Of a stretch of DNA of 64,000 bases, positions 38,943 through 52,300 are shown piece after piece; the stretch's first letter is position 1, and each line of letters starts with the position of its first letter. The DNA is from Octopus bimaculoides (lineage: Eukaryota), in contig NC_068986.1 of assembly GCF_001194135.2 (NCBI RefSeq), forward strand, positions 114,642,563 to 114,706,562, read 5' to 3'. Both the position numbers and the translations under genes were made by a program. Under the pieces are notes generated by a model. That model was given only the letters and a program-made list of their open reading frames with translations, made no database searches and had not been told where the DNA came from.

Positions 38943-39028
38943 GTAAGCAGAGTTTCTTGTAAGCCTTGGAGAAGTCTGTGTGGTGTTAGGACTGTGATGT
39001 AGTTTCTTACAATTGTATTACTACTTCT

Positions 39029-39274
39029 ACTAACTTCTACATAACTAACTGATGCAATTACTGATTTTACTGCCTCTTACATTTACTAACGTGAGCCAAT
39101 GGGAAGCCACTACATAGTCGATCAATTTGCTAGAAATAGCAACTATATCTTATTATATCCTGCTGGGTTGAATACAAAAAAGACACATTAGACAGTGTTG
39201 TGGCTTGAATACCTTATTTGATCAATAAGTCTGCTTAATCAGAGCTGGCTCCAGGCTAAACCGCTATAACTAAC
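39029..39274 (+). promoter_or_regulatory. Intronic ACUAAC (STAR/QKI-type) motif cluster downstream of msi exon
   Basis: ACTAAC at 39029, 39044, 39085 and 39269. The first three start 87-143 nt downstream of the exon end at 38942. Confidence 0.4.
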
Positions 39275-40039
39275 CATGCAAATATATTTGATATACACAC
39301 AAGTATATTTACTATCACTGCCATTGCAGTTCACCACTACACCAACTAGTAACACTACTGCTACCGTCACCGCCACCACCACCACCACCACCTATCGCTG
39401 CTGTTATGATTAACATCTGCTATAGTAGTGGTGGTAGTGATTCTAGTTAAAGTTGATAGTGAATATGTTGGTATTGTTTAGCCTCGGGTCAGACTTCAAT
39501 GAGCAGACCTATCTTTAATCGAAAACATTTCAGCAGAGACCTTCCCTTTTGTTTTTGAGGCAACAAACCTTGTTATCCAACATGCTTTCTTCACCTTTGT
39601 AAGAATAGGGCCCACACAAGATGAGGGTCAGCCAGTACATTAGTTAGAGGTCTGTGAATATGACAAATAAGCCCCTCCACAAAACTAAAATAAACCATGC
39701 TCCCCAGTTTAAAAAAAATAGTCTTGTTTCACTTTGCACAAGTTATCTTCAAGGACCTGTGTAAGATAATAGTGTGTAATTTGAGATTTAGTTACTACTT
39801 CTTGCAAGTCAGGTAACTCTATTGAGTAGATTCTGCCAACCGTTGTGCCATGATTTTTTTTTAGGTCAACATCAATTTTAATGTCCGCTTTCCTTTGCTG
39901 GCATGGGTCAGACAAAATTTGTTTAGGTAGAGTTTAGATGTCCTTCCTGTTACCAACCCTCACATAGTAATATTTCCCCATGGCTAGACATGTTTTTCAG
40001 AGCATCGGGCCTCATGGAGGCAAAGTGGCTGATGCCAAT

Positions 40040-40340
40040 GGCATGTGAAAAACTCCTTGGGCCTTACAGACGTAATGACCAAGACCTTTGGCATTATGCC
40101 ATGTTTGAGAAGACTTATCAAGCCAAATAAAATCTCAGTTGTGACAGATACTAGTGTCATGCAAATGGCACATAAAAGCACCCATTACACTTTCAGAGTG
40201 GTTGGTGTTAGGAAGGGCATCCAGCCATCGAAACTATGCCAAATCAGACGAGTCTGGTGAAGCCTTCCAGCTCGCCAGCCCTGGTCAAATCGTCCAACTC
40301 ATGCCAGCATGAGCAACAGGCGCTAAATGATGATGATGAC
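40040..40340 (+). mobile_element. RTE-type LINE 3' end copy
   Basis: LGLTDVMT/DLWHYAMFEKTYQAK* ORF end followed by the core and (GAT)n tail. Confidence 0.75.
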
Positions 40341-40767
40341 TGGGAACAAATGACATCATATGTGTCATGGTGACACTTGTTTAGAACAATCATGATTTCA
40401 AGACATGAGGAAACACATGCATGTACATATACACACACACACACACACACATGTATATACTGGAAGAGTGTCCAGCAATAGAAGACCTTCCTCAACAAAG
40501 TCCACCCAAGCCATACAAGAATGTAGAAGTGGAGATTAAATTATATGTATGTGTGCATGTACACACACACACACACTCACTCACTCACTCACTCACTCAC
40601 ATGTATACATGCAGCACTTTTGACCAATACCTTATGAGCAAAATTTGGTAGGCAGAAACTGCAAAAGTCCCGTCAGATGTACATGCATGTGTGTGTGTAT
40701 TTGTTTAATGATTTCCTGTTGACTTTTTTGTTTTTTTATGCTAGCATAATTTGGATAGAGACTTTAA

Positions 40768-40973
40768 ACTTTTTTGTTAACCATATTTTCCTTGAAATAC
40801 ACCTTTGTTTCAGTGGATTTAAGAAATAATAAAGAATCTAGTGAAATGATTCTGTCATTATTAACAAATGTTCAGAACATAAATTAACGTGAAATTTTAA
40901 TAGGAAACTTTAATTTATATTACTTAAAAACAGAGAACCAAGGTTAATTTTGGGCAGATTAGTATCAAAAGGG
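40768..40973. mobile_element. piggyBac-type MITE (family 2), old copy
   Basis: TTAA at 40764 and end ...CAAAAGGG|TCAA. Internal similarity to the 44410 and 47630 copies (ttgaaatac, ataataaagaatctagtgaaat, gaacataaatt). Confidence 0.55.
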
Positions 40974-41030
40974 TCAAGTCAGAATTTTATGGATGGATGC
41001 AATTTTCACACACACACACACTTACATATA

Positions 41031-41154
41031 CAGGGTGTCCACAAGGTCTGGGTGCATGGAGTAAATAAAATCATAACATAAACAATTAAATATAAGAAAT
41101 AATTATTTCTTAAAGTATGTGTTAATCCCCATGTACCCAGACTTTGTGGACACC

Positions 41155-41157
<3 letters not shown>
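41031..41157. mobile_element. Tc1/mariner-type MITE, 127 bp
   Basis: TA|CAGGGTGTCCACAAGGTCTGGGTGCATGG ... CCATGTACCCAGACTTTGTGGACACCCTG|TA: 29-bp TIR with 2 mismatches and TA TSD. Confidence 0.88.
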
Positions 41158-41192
<35 letters not shown>

Positions 41193-41196
<4 letters not shown>

Positions 41197-41480
41197 TCAT
41201 CATTTAACATCTGTTTTCCATGCTGGCATGGGTTGGACGGTTTGACTGAGGTCTGGAGAGCCAGTGGCTGCACCAGGCTCCATCCAATCTGATCTGGCAA
41301 TGTTTCTACAGTTGGATGCCCTTCCTAACACCAGTCACTCTGAGAGTGTAGTGGGTGCTTTTTACATTCCGCCAGCACAGGAGCCAGTCATGGGGTACTG
41401 GCATCGGCCACATTCAGATGATGCATTTTACATGCCGCTGGAACAGGAGTCAGTCAGGGGGTAATGGCCACAGCTACGAT
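41193..41480 (-). mobile_element. RTE-type 3'-end repeat copy
   Basis: ATCATCATCATTTAACATCTGTTTTCCATGCTGGCATGGG...GGATGCCCTTCCTAAC in reverse orientation. Confidence 0.8.
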
Positions 41481-42764
41481 TTTGTATGTATATATATATA
41501 CCCACACACATGTATGGTCAAGTTTTTATCAACACCACCATCATATGTTTTCTTGCATTGGCTTGGGTTGGAAACATCTAAGGCTTACTATATGTCCAGA
41601 CATGTTCATATTAGCATACATGCCTGTTTACCACATGCACGCACGCACTCCCCTCTCTCTCTCTCTCTCTCCTATCTTTCTCTCTCTTTCTCTCCTCTCT
41701 CCCCTCTTTCTCTCCTCTCTTTCTCCCCTCTTTCTCTCCCCTCTTTCTCTCATCCCTTTGTCTCCTCTCTTCCTCTCTCTTTCTCCTCTCTCTCCTCCCC
41801 CCTCTCTCTGTCACATGCATGCACACGGAATTTAAGAGCACACAGAAATGTGAAGAACTTTCCCTACATGTCTGACTGCCTTACATCAAAGAAAACATGT
41901 GCAGTGTTGTCTATTCTGCAGATATGCGTACACAATTACATGTGGAGCCTTGGTGAACGAACTCATTTGCCGACACAGCAATTGAACAGTGACCTAGTTT
42001 CTCAAAGATGCATGTAAAAGATGCAATGACCTAGTTTTGCCCACATATATGAACACATGCACACACTAGACGTGTAATGCATATAGTTGTTAAATGTATA
42101 AACAACATAAGCACATACATATGAACCAACTAGTGATTCTTCTATGTAGTTGCTCAATTTACTAGAAATAGCAGCCAAATTCCTGCAAAATGTATCTTAC
42201 TGTTTTAAAAGAGGAATGAAATGAATAAATTAGGACACATTTGATCATATATTAGTTTAATAAGATCTGACTTTGGGCTAAACAGAACAGACAATATAAT
42301 GTAACATGGTTTAGAGCAATTATTTTCTCTGTTTAGTTGTAGTTTCTGTGTGTGTAGTCAAACATGATCACAGTTGTTGATGCTATTACAAGTGCATGCA
42401 TGCATACACATACATGTTTCTATAGGAACACAATAACCTTGTTTCCTGCATGCAGCATATATCAACGACTACAGATGCATATGGCATAGACATTGACCAA
42501 ATTTATAGTACACATTCACACATAGACACATACATGCAAGTGGACGCACTTTGGGACTTGATTTATATATATACATTAGGGATTGTATGTATGCAATCAG
42601 ACACACACACAGAGTTAACTGAAGGAGAAGAAACTCGGTGATTGTCCACTTACGAAGAAATATCAGTTACATCTCGATTACAAACCTACCAGTGGACATC
42701 AGCTTATAGTGTCCATGCTATGGAACAAAACCACATGGTCCTAAAGTAAACTTTACAGCCATGA

Positions 42765-42800
<36 letters not shown>

Positions 42801-43988
42801 GGCACAGGCATGGCTGTGTGGCAAGAAGCTTGCTTCCCAACCACATGATTCTGGGTTTGATCCCATTGCATGCCAACTTGGCTAAGTGTCTTCTACTATA
42901 GTCCCAGACTATAACAGCCTGGAGTGGGGGAATGACAAAAGACTAAGACAATTGCCAATTTGCTGTTTGAGAAGACCCATCAAGATAAAATTGAGGCCAT
43001 GAAGACATCCTTTATGTCCATGCCTCCCACCATCTCACTTTTCCAATCCATAATCACCACCCTGTATTCCTCTTCCTTCTCTGACTCTCCTTCACAGACC
43101 TACTTCATGCATGTTCCTGTCAAATCTCTTCCCCACAATATATCTTCCTAAATAGCCCCTACCTCTACCCAGTCACTATATTTTCCCTTCCATCTGCCAT
43201 TCTCCTTTGGTGATCTCATAAGCTCACCGACCCTTTCCAATCTGTTGTCCACCTCACTATATTACATACACCTCACTGTGTGCTTGGGTGTTCACCCTGT
43301 CACATCTTCACCATCTTATCTCTCACTTCACTTTCTCTCTCTCCACCTGAGGTAACCCTGTTTCTTCTCTACTGCAGGACACATCTTTCTTCCTCTGTAC
43401 TACCCTCCCCAACTCAGTTGATGGGTCTTGTCTTGCAAGTTGACAACCTCACCAGTTCTGGCGCCACATAAAAAGAACCCAGTACACTTCGTAAAGAGGT
43501 TGACATTAGGAAGGGCATCCAGCTGCCAAAACTATTGCCAAATGGCCTGTAGAACTTGGCACAGTCTTCCGATTTGCCAGCCCCTTTCAAATTTTCCAAT
43601 GCTTACCAGCATGGAAAATAGATGTTAAATGATGAAGATGTATACTACAATGTACTGTGCAATTTCAAACATCGTACAACACACACTTTTTGTGCATAAA
43701 AATTTGTAATATATTTTATCTTTTTAAGTAAAATGCTACCCACAATTTTTAGTTGCTCAAGTTTTGTATTAAATTTCTTGCACTCGTAAAACATGCTATA
43801 TACATCTCAAACACACACATATAAATACATACAAACATACACACACACATGTAGTGCATGTTTTTATATGTGTTGCCTGTAAACGGTCTGTGTCATGTGA
43901 TTGTATTTCTAAAATTCATCTGTGCACGATAGATTTTCATTGTTTAAAGTGATGTCTCAGATTACATGTGTGTTTGTATGTGTGTGTG

Positions 43989-44020
<32 letters not shown>

Positions 44021-44409
44021 GTTGGAGTGTCTGGTCCTATCATCTGATAATGCTAGGTGTGTGTGGCTTATATATATATACTTTCAGTCAAATATATTTC
44101 TGCACTGATGGTTAGCTTCATGGTTGAATGGTTGAGAAATGTTCCACTTCACATTCTTAGTGGATGGGGAAAGAAAACGAATCAGCAAAATAAGAAACAT
44201 GTCACTCACTGTAACTTGTTTTTGTATAAAACTGCAAATTTATGCCATAAATGTATCTTGGAAGGAAAAGTAGTGCAAGATTTTAAGGTTGTTTATAGAT
44301 CCCACTCAGTTCTTAATGGCAGGTCTGTGCACAAAGACTTTCCAGTCGTATTGTTTTATTCAGTCATTGGTTAGTATCTCTCTGTCTGTCTGCTGAGAAA
44401 AACACTTAA

Positions 44410-44617
44410 CTCTTTTGTTATTATATTTCTGTTGAAATACACTACTCTTCTTTCAATTAATTTTGTACATAATGAAGAATTTAGTAAAATAATTCATTAT
44501 TAAGCTGGTATAAATTGACACGAAATTTTGAAAGGTTTTAATTTAGATCGCTTTGAAATAAGAAGTTTGTTTCATGGCACTAAGGGGCCCATCTCAGGTG
44601 AGTCAGTAACAAATGGG
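44410..44617. mobile_element. piggyBac-type MITE (family 2), diverged copy
   Basis: TTAA flanks at 44406 and 44618. Internal GAATTTAGTAAAATAA shared with the 47630 copy. Degenerate TIR. Confidence 0.7.
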
Positions 44618-46874
44618 TTAAGAGAGATATATATATGTATAAAATTGCCACCTATGAATAAACTGAAGAGTCATGTAACAAAATACATGCATCTATACAA
44701 TACCACACCATGAGCCAATGGTTGACCTACAAGAAACAGCAGTCAGAGTTTCAAATGACATAACACCCTACAGCTTGGATGGTTTTGACATCTGCTTGAT
44801 CAGAGTTGAATAGGGGCTATACTACTGCTACTATCTAAAATAATCATTATTCCATAATATTAAATGAGATGTCTATGGTGGTTTTTATTTTTATCATCAC
44901 TCCACCTTTTTTTTTTCCCATTATCTACGAGGAATTATATAATCTAAAGTCTTTCCCCTCTCCTTTTTCTGTTTCGCTAAGATAGTAGTTTATAATTTGA
45001 GAAAACTTTCGGAGTTATTTCTAGCAGTCTGAATGACAGCATAGGGGCTTCTTTCTTTAGGTTGTGTGGGACTAATCTTCAGGAACTCGTAAAGGAGTCT
45101 AGAAGGTTAATAAGGCTGAGGTGCATATATATATATATATGTACACACGCATTCACATATATACACACACATACATATACACACACACATATATATAAAC
45201 TCATAAAACAGGGAACTAGCAGTGAATATATTTACTGAAGAAGAAACTGAGCCAATAAGGAAGTCAGGGAGAAAATAGTAAAAAGAGGCAAGACACTCCC
45301 CCAACACATACTCAATAAAATACACACAATTGTTCTTTGTTAAGAATGTCTGACCCCTAAGGGACCAGCCGCTCTCCCATCTATCTCTACCCCCCCCCCC
45401 TTACAAAACTACTGTTGTACTCAGCAGTAGTCTCCTTCCTTCTCCTGCTGCTGTGGTCTCTGTATATCTGTTCAGTGTTTGTTTGTAAAGACAATAGGCC
45501 TGGCAAGAAGACATGAATGAATATTGGAAGAAGAGTGCAAGGGGCTGAGAGAATAAAAGAATAGGTTAAAAAGAACGATTGGTATGAAAGAATCCCTACA
45601 AAAAAAGGAAAGAGTGGCAGGAGTTGTGGTGGGAGAGACAGTTATATTACACTTAAATCTCTTGTCTCTTCTTCCTTCCCTAGCTTCAGGGCTAGATGTG
45701 TGTGTATTTGTTTTGTGTCAGTGGGAGGTTTCTGTATGTGTCAAATCTACACACCTGTCTTGTGTATACTTGCTGGATGTGTATGTATGTGTGTGTGTAT
45801 ATACACATATACACACGCACACATATACATGCAAACACACATGCATATATGTGTGTATATCTATGTTTGAGGTTTGTGTGTGTGTGACAGGGTTTGTCAG
45901 TCTGTATGTGTGTGGTGAGGATATATCTGGTTTCTGTTCCTCTGTGTGTGTGTGTGTGTGTGTGTTATTGGGTTTCCTGTAGACTACATCTCTGTCTTAA
46001 TTGTTCTAGAAAGTCCTGTGGCTTGTTTTAACTATCCCCCCTGCCTCCACCACTTCTTACTCATTTTCTGCCTTCCTGTCTGCTTCTTCCTTTACCTCTT
46101 CTATTTCTTCCTTCCACCACTGTCACCACCTCCACCCCTCCCCACCTTCCACATCTCACTCTATTACTTTCTCTCTCTCTCTCTCTTTTCCCCCACCTCA
46201 CTACCACACTGACAGCATCACTTCTTATCCACCTTTTCTCTGCCTCACCCACTCCACTTTCTCTTTTATTCTCCCCCTTCCTTACCTCTGCAGTGTGTTC
46301 TATCTCTATGGTTCCCATTATAATGGCACATGCAGTGGATATCTAGTTCATTACTGTTGCCTGGCCTTCTTCTCTCCCCTTGACCAGAAAGGGCAGGTAG
46401 TGTCCCTTCACCTCTTAGCTTTACAGTGGACAAGGCTGGAAGGATTAATCACAGCATAAGCATAGGTATGGTTAAGAATCTCACTTTGCTACCACATGGT
46501 TTGGGGTTCAGCCCCACAGCAAGACACCTTGGACAAGAATCTTTTTTAGCTCTGGCCAATCAATGCCTTGTGAGTGAATTTTGTAAATGAAAACTGCATG
46601 CAAGCCCATTGTGTGCATGTGTGTCTTTGTGCACGTGTCCCCACTCCACCAACTGACAACCAGTGTTGATTTTTGTACCTATAACCTATAGAATAATTAT
46701 GAGGCTTGCTTTGGGGGCAATTTATCTAACTATATAACCCTCTAAGGCAGCACCTCAAGCATTGCCACAGTCCAGTAACAGAAGCAAGTAAAAGATAAAA
46801 CATAAAATTAAAACTAATGTTTTGAACATAACTTCACCAAAAGTTGTGATATAAAATTTGAAAGCAAAATTTCA

Positions 46875-47503
46875 GGATCTATTTTAAAACCGGGGCGCCA
46901 GTTTTCATTTATGTTTTATGTAGTGTTTTTGGTACGGAAAGACTTTCAAACTTCGTATACTTATCTATTTTGTGTTATAGAACAGAAAAATATTTTTGTA
47001 TTCGAATTTATTTCATGTAAAAAATTGTCTTATTTCGATAATTTCTACTAATCACTGACGTCTATTCAGTTGAAAACAGTTAGCACTGTAACGGTGTATA
47101 TCGTATTAATCTCCTAACCCTAACCCTAACTAGACTGTTAACCGTAACCCTAACCCTAACTCTAGAATCCAAACTCTAAAATTGTTACACACGTAGATAC
47201 GCACAGCGTAATTTATTATATAAACAATATATGCATATAAATTACAATTAAACCGGATGAAATATGTCACAGGGAATAACATNNNNNNNNNNCCATTGAG
47301 CTGAATAGACGTCAGTGATTGGTTGAAATTACAGAAATACGACAACTTTAACATGGAATAACTTGCGAATTCCTTTTTTTTGTTAAGAAGACTAAGAGTA
47401 AAAGATGTTTTATATGACACATTCTACCAGTGTCCCAAGTTTCAAAGTGTTTCGTTAGTGTTTCGTTAAGAAAATACTGGCGCCCCCGTTTTAAAATAGA
47501 CCC
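46875..47503. mobile_element. Foldback-like non-autonomous DNA transposon with 8-bp TSD
   Basis: TIR GG(A/G)TCTATTTTAAAAC(C/G)GGGGCGCCAGT. Exact TSD AAATTTCA at 46867-46874 and 47504-47511. Has an inner inverted pair (AATCACTGACGTCTATTCAG) and TAACCC repeats, and contains a 10-N gap. Confidence 0.85.
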
Positions 47504-47629
47504 AAATTTCAAGTTAAATATAAAGTTTGACCTGATCAAGACAACTTATGCTCAGAAGATGTTCCAGCAATAACCATCTCCCTTTTTTTGTACATCTGAG
47601 ACTACATTATTCAATATGTCCTGTTTTAA

Positions 47630-47841
47630 CCCTTTCGTTACCGTATTTATTTTGAGATGCTGTGTGTTTCTTTGAATTACTTTAAATATAACAGAATTTA
47701 GTAAAATAACTTAGTTATCATTCAGCTAGTGTTAGGAACATAAATTGTGACTAAGGTTTGGTAGAAGATTTTAATTCAAAACTTATTAAAACAAGACACT
47801 TGTACTCAGAGCCGGTTTCAGCCGGGTTGGTAACGAAAGGG
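47630..47841. mobile_element. piggyBac-type MITE (family 2)
   Basis: TTAA|CCCTTTCGTTACC ... GGTAACGAAAGGG|TTAA: perfect 13-bp TIR and TTAA TSD. Confidence 0.9.
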
Positions 47842-48207
47842 TTAAGACTGTATGTGTGATTTGCAGAATGTGATGGCTATTTAGGGACTATGGAGAGTCT
47901 CATTCATTGGCTATGTTAACAGAAGTGGTCTCCTGTAGATTGGCATTGAAAGGTTAGACTTCAGTGTAAAAAATTGACTAATAAACTTTCACTATTTGGT
48001 CCCTACCAGTGGCAAAGCTGTCACCCTGACTAATCTTCATTAAAAGAATTTTAAAGCGTCTTCAATGGAGTAAAAGGTTTATTTCGGCCAGTTTGTTCTT
48101 TCACCTTTATACAACCCACAATCATGCATTCTCTTTGCCTTACATTCAACATGTCATCTGTTCTTTATCATCATATTAAATACCATTTCCCTATCTATTC
48201 CTCTCAG

Positions 48208-48256
48208 GTTGAAGACGCTATGCTTATGTTTGATAAAACCACAAACAGACATCGAG
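48208..48256 (+). CDS. msi: Musashi-family RNA-binding protein, next RRM2 coding exon (49 nt, phase 0/1)
   Basis: Acceptor ttccctatctattcctctcag|GTT and donor CGAG|gtatgt. Translates VEDAMLMFDKTTNRHR(G), the Musashi segment leading into RNP1 RGFGFVTF. In frame with 38850-38942 across a 9265-bp intron. Confidence 0.96.
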
Positions 48257-48811
48257 GTATGTAGGACTTCTTGCGTTTTCATTTTAGATTTCTTTGTTGT
48301 TTGTTTGCTTCTATTTTTGTGTGTCAAGACCTTATGTTTTCTTAAAAAGAAAAATATTTGTTGTGTTGTTGTGAATGTTCAGATACAAAACCCTCCTTAA
48401 ATATATCAAAATATAGTAGTGTATTGAAAAAAAGAATCTATTTAATATGACCCTTGGTAGTAAGAGCTCAAGGATTTTAAAGAATTTGATTAGAGCCTTT
48501 GCAATGAGGGGCTGTGTTAATCTATGACAGCTGGTGATTTTGTAGTATGGAATGTAAACTTCCATACTTTTGGTAACGAGAAATGATAGGAAAGAGTTGC
48601 ATATGAACATACCAAGTGAGAGTTATCAACACTGGGTCCATCTCATTGCTGAAGACTAGGTGTTTGGATTTTTATGCCCTGTTCTTCCTGGGGTACCACC
48701 AATATACTAAGTTTGTCTTTGAGAGCATTTAGGTATCTTCATAGGAAAAAAAGTTAATTTCCATCAAATATGAAGATATTGTAAAGAAAAGGTATTAACA
48801 TGACTATAGAG

Positions 48812-48998
48812 CAGTGCTTAGCAACCTTTTTTCACCTGTAGTACACTTATATTCTTTTCAAAATCTGGCAGCACACTTGAACTAAAAACATAACTAAAAG
48901 AATAGAGGAAAAAATTATATTCAGGTTACACTGTGACACATCTAAGCATCGTCTTGTGGCACACCAGTGTGCCACGGCGTTCCGATTGCGGAGCATTG
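48812..48998. mobile_element. hAT (Charlie-like) MITE
   Basis: CAGTG...CATTG termini, near-perfect 8-bp TSD CTATAGAG/CTATAGAT, and subterminal palindrome GTGGCACACCAGTGTGCCAC. Confidence 0.7.
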
Positions 48999-49138
48999 CT
49001 ATAGATGGATTATCTTAGATGACAGGCATTTTGCAATGTTTCCACTGACATCACTATCGTTCTGCCACTCTCACTAGTTGTGTGGTTTCTTTCTTTGTAT
49101 TGTTGTCAGCTCAATTAAAAAGTCTTTAATTACTTTAA

Positions 49139-49359
49139 CCCATTAGCATTCAGATTATTCTGTCAAATGTAATCCTTATTTATTCACATTGTTTTGAATT
49201 AACCATGCATAATCTCATAGCTTCTAAATTTCAATGATGTGATTGTTTATTTTTAGAATGACATTGTTGGGTAGGTATGAAAGGCCAGATCTGACTGGTT
49301 TGAACATAAAACATATAGGAATATTTGGGTCGGGTTTAGCTTGTTTAAATGCTAGAGGG
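49139..49359. mobile_element. piggyBac-type MITE (family 1)
   Basis: TTAA|CCCATTAGCATT ... AATGCTAGAGGG|TTAA. Confidence 0.85.
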
Positions 49360-52300
49360 TTAATCACAGATGATTTACCTGTGATGGTACTGTGTCTAAC
49401 CTGAGAGAACAATTTTCTCATTCGTTTATCACTAGAAAAACCATAATCAAGTACTCGTTACTCATGTTGGAGAGCATGAGTCACAGGAGAAGAAAGTTTG
49501 AGAGGAAGTTGAAAAATTAATATTGTTGCTTTTGTAAGATAATCTTTGTCAAGAATAATAATGGTTTCAAATTTTGGCCCAAGGCCAGCAATTTGAAGGT
49601 AAGGGATTAATCAGTACCATTGACCCTTAGTATTTTATTTTATCAACCCTGAAGAGGTGAAAGGTAAAGCTGACTTCGGTGTAATTTGAACCAAGAACTG
49701 GAAGCAACACTACAAAATATTTTAAACATATTTTTCTGACTTTCTAACAAATCTGCCAGCTCGCTACTTCAACGACCCTTGTAGTAATAATGATAATAAC
49801 TGATATATGCCCAAGGCCTCACTGATGGGGGTCTGGTTGTCAACTATGTCACTCTCTGTATTTGATTCTATTTATCAGCTTTGGGAGAATCTTTTGATAT
49901 TTTTAAAGTATTTTTGCATCGTTTATTCAGAGGGGGAAGGGCAGACCCTATGGCTCTTTTTAGGGTCCCTGACACTGGTTGTAGGGAAGGAGTAAGTTGT
50001 CCTCACATCAGAGACCAAGCCCAAATCATTGCAATGAAGTGGACTTTGTTAGAAGTACCCAGGATCCAGGTGATCTTGTTAAACCAGGCATCAGATTAAA
50101 TCTACCACCCAAAACCAGAACTTCTTTCAACAGGCATTCACAGTTTCCATTTACAAAATTTCACTCACAAAATTTTGGTTAACTTCAGCTGTGATGTGAG
50201 ACCCTCAAGGTGCAACCTGCTGAGGATTGAACCCAAAATTATGTAGTTATGAAGCATGCTTTTACTCACACTACTACATCTGCCCACCACTTAGTAAAAC
50301 CAAGTGGAATTTGAATTCTGAACATATAGACATAACTAAACACAAAGTATTTAAAAGCATTATTCTTTAAAAAGAAAAAGGTATTTGAAATAATGTCATA
50401 ATTCAGGCCATAATGTGCCTTAATAAGACATGACTCTTGTAGCTGAATGCCTCTAATCAACGTTTATTGTCTGTAACAGTGCTGCCAACTTGGAGTAGTA
50501 CTCTACTAGTAATTTCTAACAAGAGCACACAAGAACCGGCAAAGTCGGGTGGGATATACATTAGATTTAATTGTCCCAAATACTTTAAGTGACATTCTAT
50601 TTCATCAATCCCTGAAGGATGAAAGACAGTCCACCTCAGCAGGATTTGAACTAAGAATGTAAAGGAATGTAAATACTAACTAAACATTTCTACCAATTTT
50701 ACCTGATATATATATCATCATCATTTATATGTATATATATTTATATATACACACACATGCAGACAGTGTTATAATGAGGATTAACAAGAAATACTATTGG
50801 AAGCTTTGTTTGCTATTTTTTGCATATCATGTGACCATATAGCTGTTCTCTCATTGGCTTGATCACCCCTCACCTGTTGTCCTAAATGGAAGGTGGTCGA
50901 GTTTTATTTTTTTCTAACTGTTCTTTATGAATTTATTAAAACATTGCATGGTTTGTCTATCTGTGTGTGTTTGTGTATCTGTGTTTGGATTAGCCAGGTG
51001 TGTCTGGTAATGTCTGTATTCTATGTTACCTGCAGATAAATGAGCAATGGCTCCAGCTGATGTCAGTACAATGTATCAGTTGTTATTTAATCCCAGGTCA
51101 AATTTGATCCAGCAGATGTTTGATGAAGGGTGTTCCAGATGTGACCACCCTGCCTGTTTAAAATACAGTGTTCTCATCATTGAATTATCTGGAACACACG
51201 TGTAGCCGTCCCTTTCTAAGATGGTAGGGTGAGATTTTGAGTGAGATCTGGATGTTATATTTAGCTGGCTTTGGGCACCTTGTGGTCATGGACAGAGTGT
51301 ATGTCACTAACGCCAATACCCTATGCCAAATGTATACACATTTTCACACATATAATTTATGTATATATTCGCAACTAATTTACCATTGCATGTGTAGATG
51401 CTTGCATTTTGTCTGTTCATGCTCTGCAATTATAAGGTGCGTATTGCAGGAGTTCTCTGCCACTAGCTATATATACATGTGTGGCAGGGGTATAGCATGG
51501 GTTCCCTACTTCTAGCCATATGAAAGCTACTGTGTTTCAACAAAAGCTGTGTTTAAAGTGGCTGCAACACATGCATCATCATCATTATTTTCACTACTGC
51601 CATGGCAACCACCACTACCCTCTTCCTTTACCCTTGGCCTGTGTGTGTAGCAGTGGTAATTACCACTACTCGTGGCTGACCAGTCTCCTACTGCAGCCTC
51701 TTGGGACAACAAACCTTCACACTATTGGGTTACTACAACATATTGCCACTAAACTACTACCACTACTACTACCATCACCTTTACAACTACTATGACAATT
51801 ACAATTACACCCCACCTCCAATTATAACCACGAATGGTATTACTACTGCTACAGCATAGCCACCACCATCTTCACATGACTCCCTACATAAATTATGATC
51901 CAATGGTTTAATTCTATGTGCCCATAATATTCTTACAGACTCATAAAAAAGACAGGATGCTCACAAATGGATTGCCTTTGATCACCAGTCAGTTCAAAGA
52001 TGTGTATGAATGTGTTTATGTCTCCTTGACAATGCATGGTTATTGTAAATGAATGTTATTCATTTTCATTATCCATGTCTAGCCATGGAGAAATATCACC
52101 TTTCTTGGAAACAGCTAAGGGTTGGTGACAGAGGGCATCCAGCTGAAGAAAATCTGCCTCAATAAACTCCATCTGACACATACAAGTATGAATAAAGTGG
52201 GTGTTCAAATGATTAGTTTAGTTATATAAATATACAAGAAAATATATATTCACGAGAACATCTGTACAAGGTCAGACCTATGACTAAAAATATTCCGCCC

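Noticed and set aside
42803-42910. tRNA genes
   Set aside because: The tRNA-like segments run directly into SINE bodies and lack a complete cloverleaf, so they are SINE heads.
47113-47160. TAACCC repeats as interstitial telomere or chromosome fusion site
   Set aside because: Only a few units, and they are internal to a TIR/TSD-bounded transposon.
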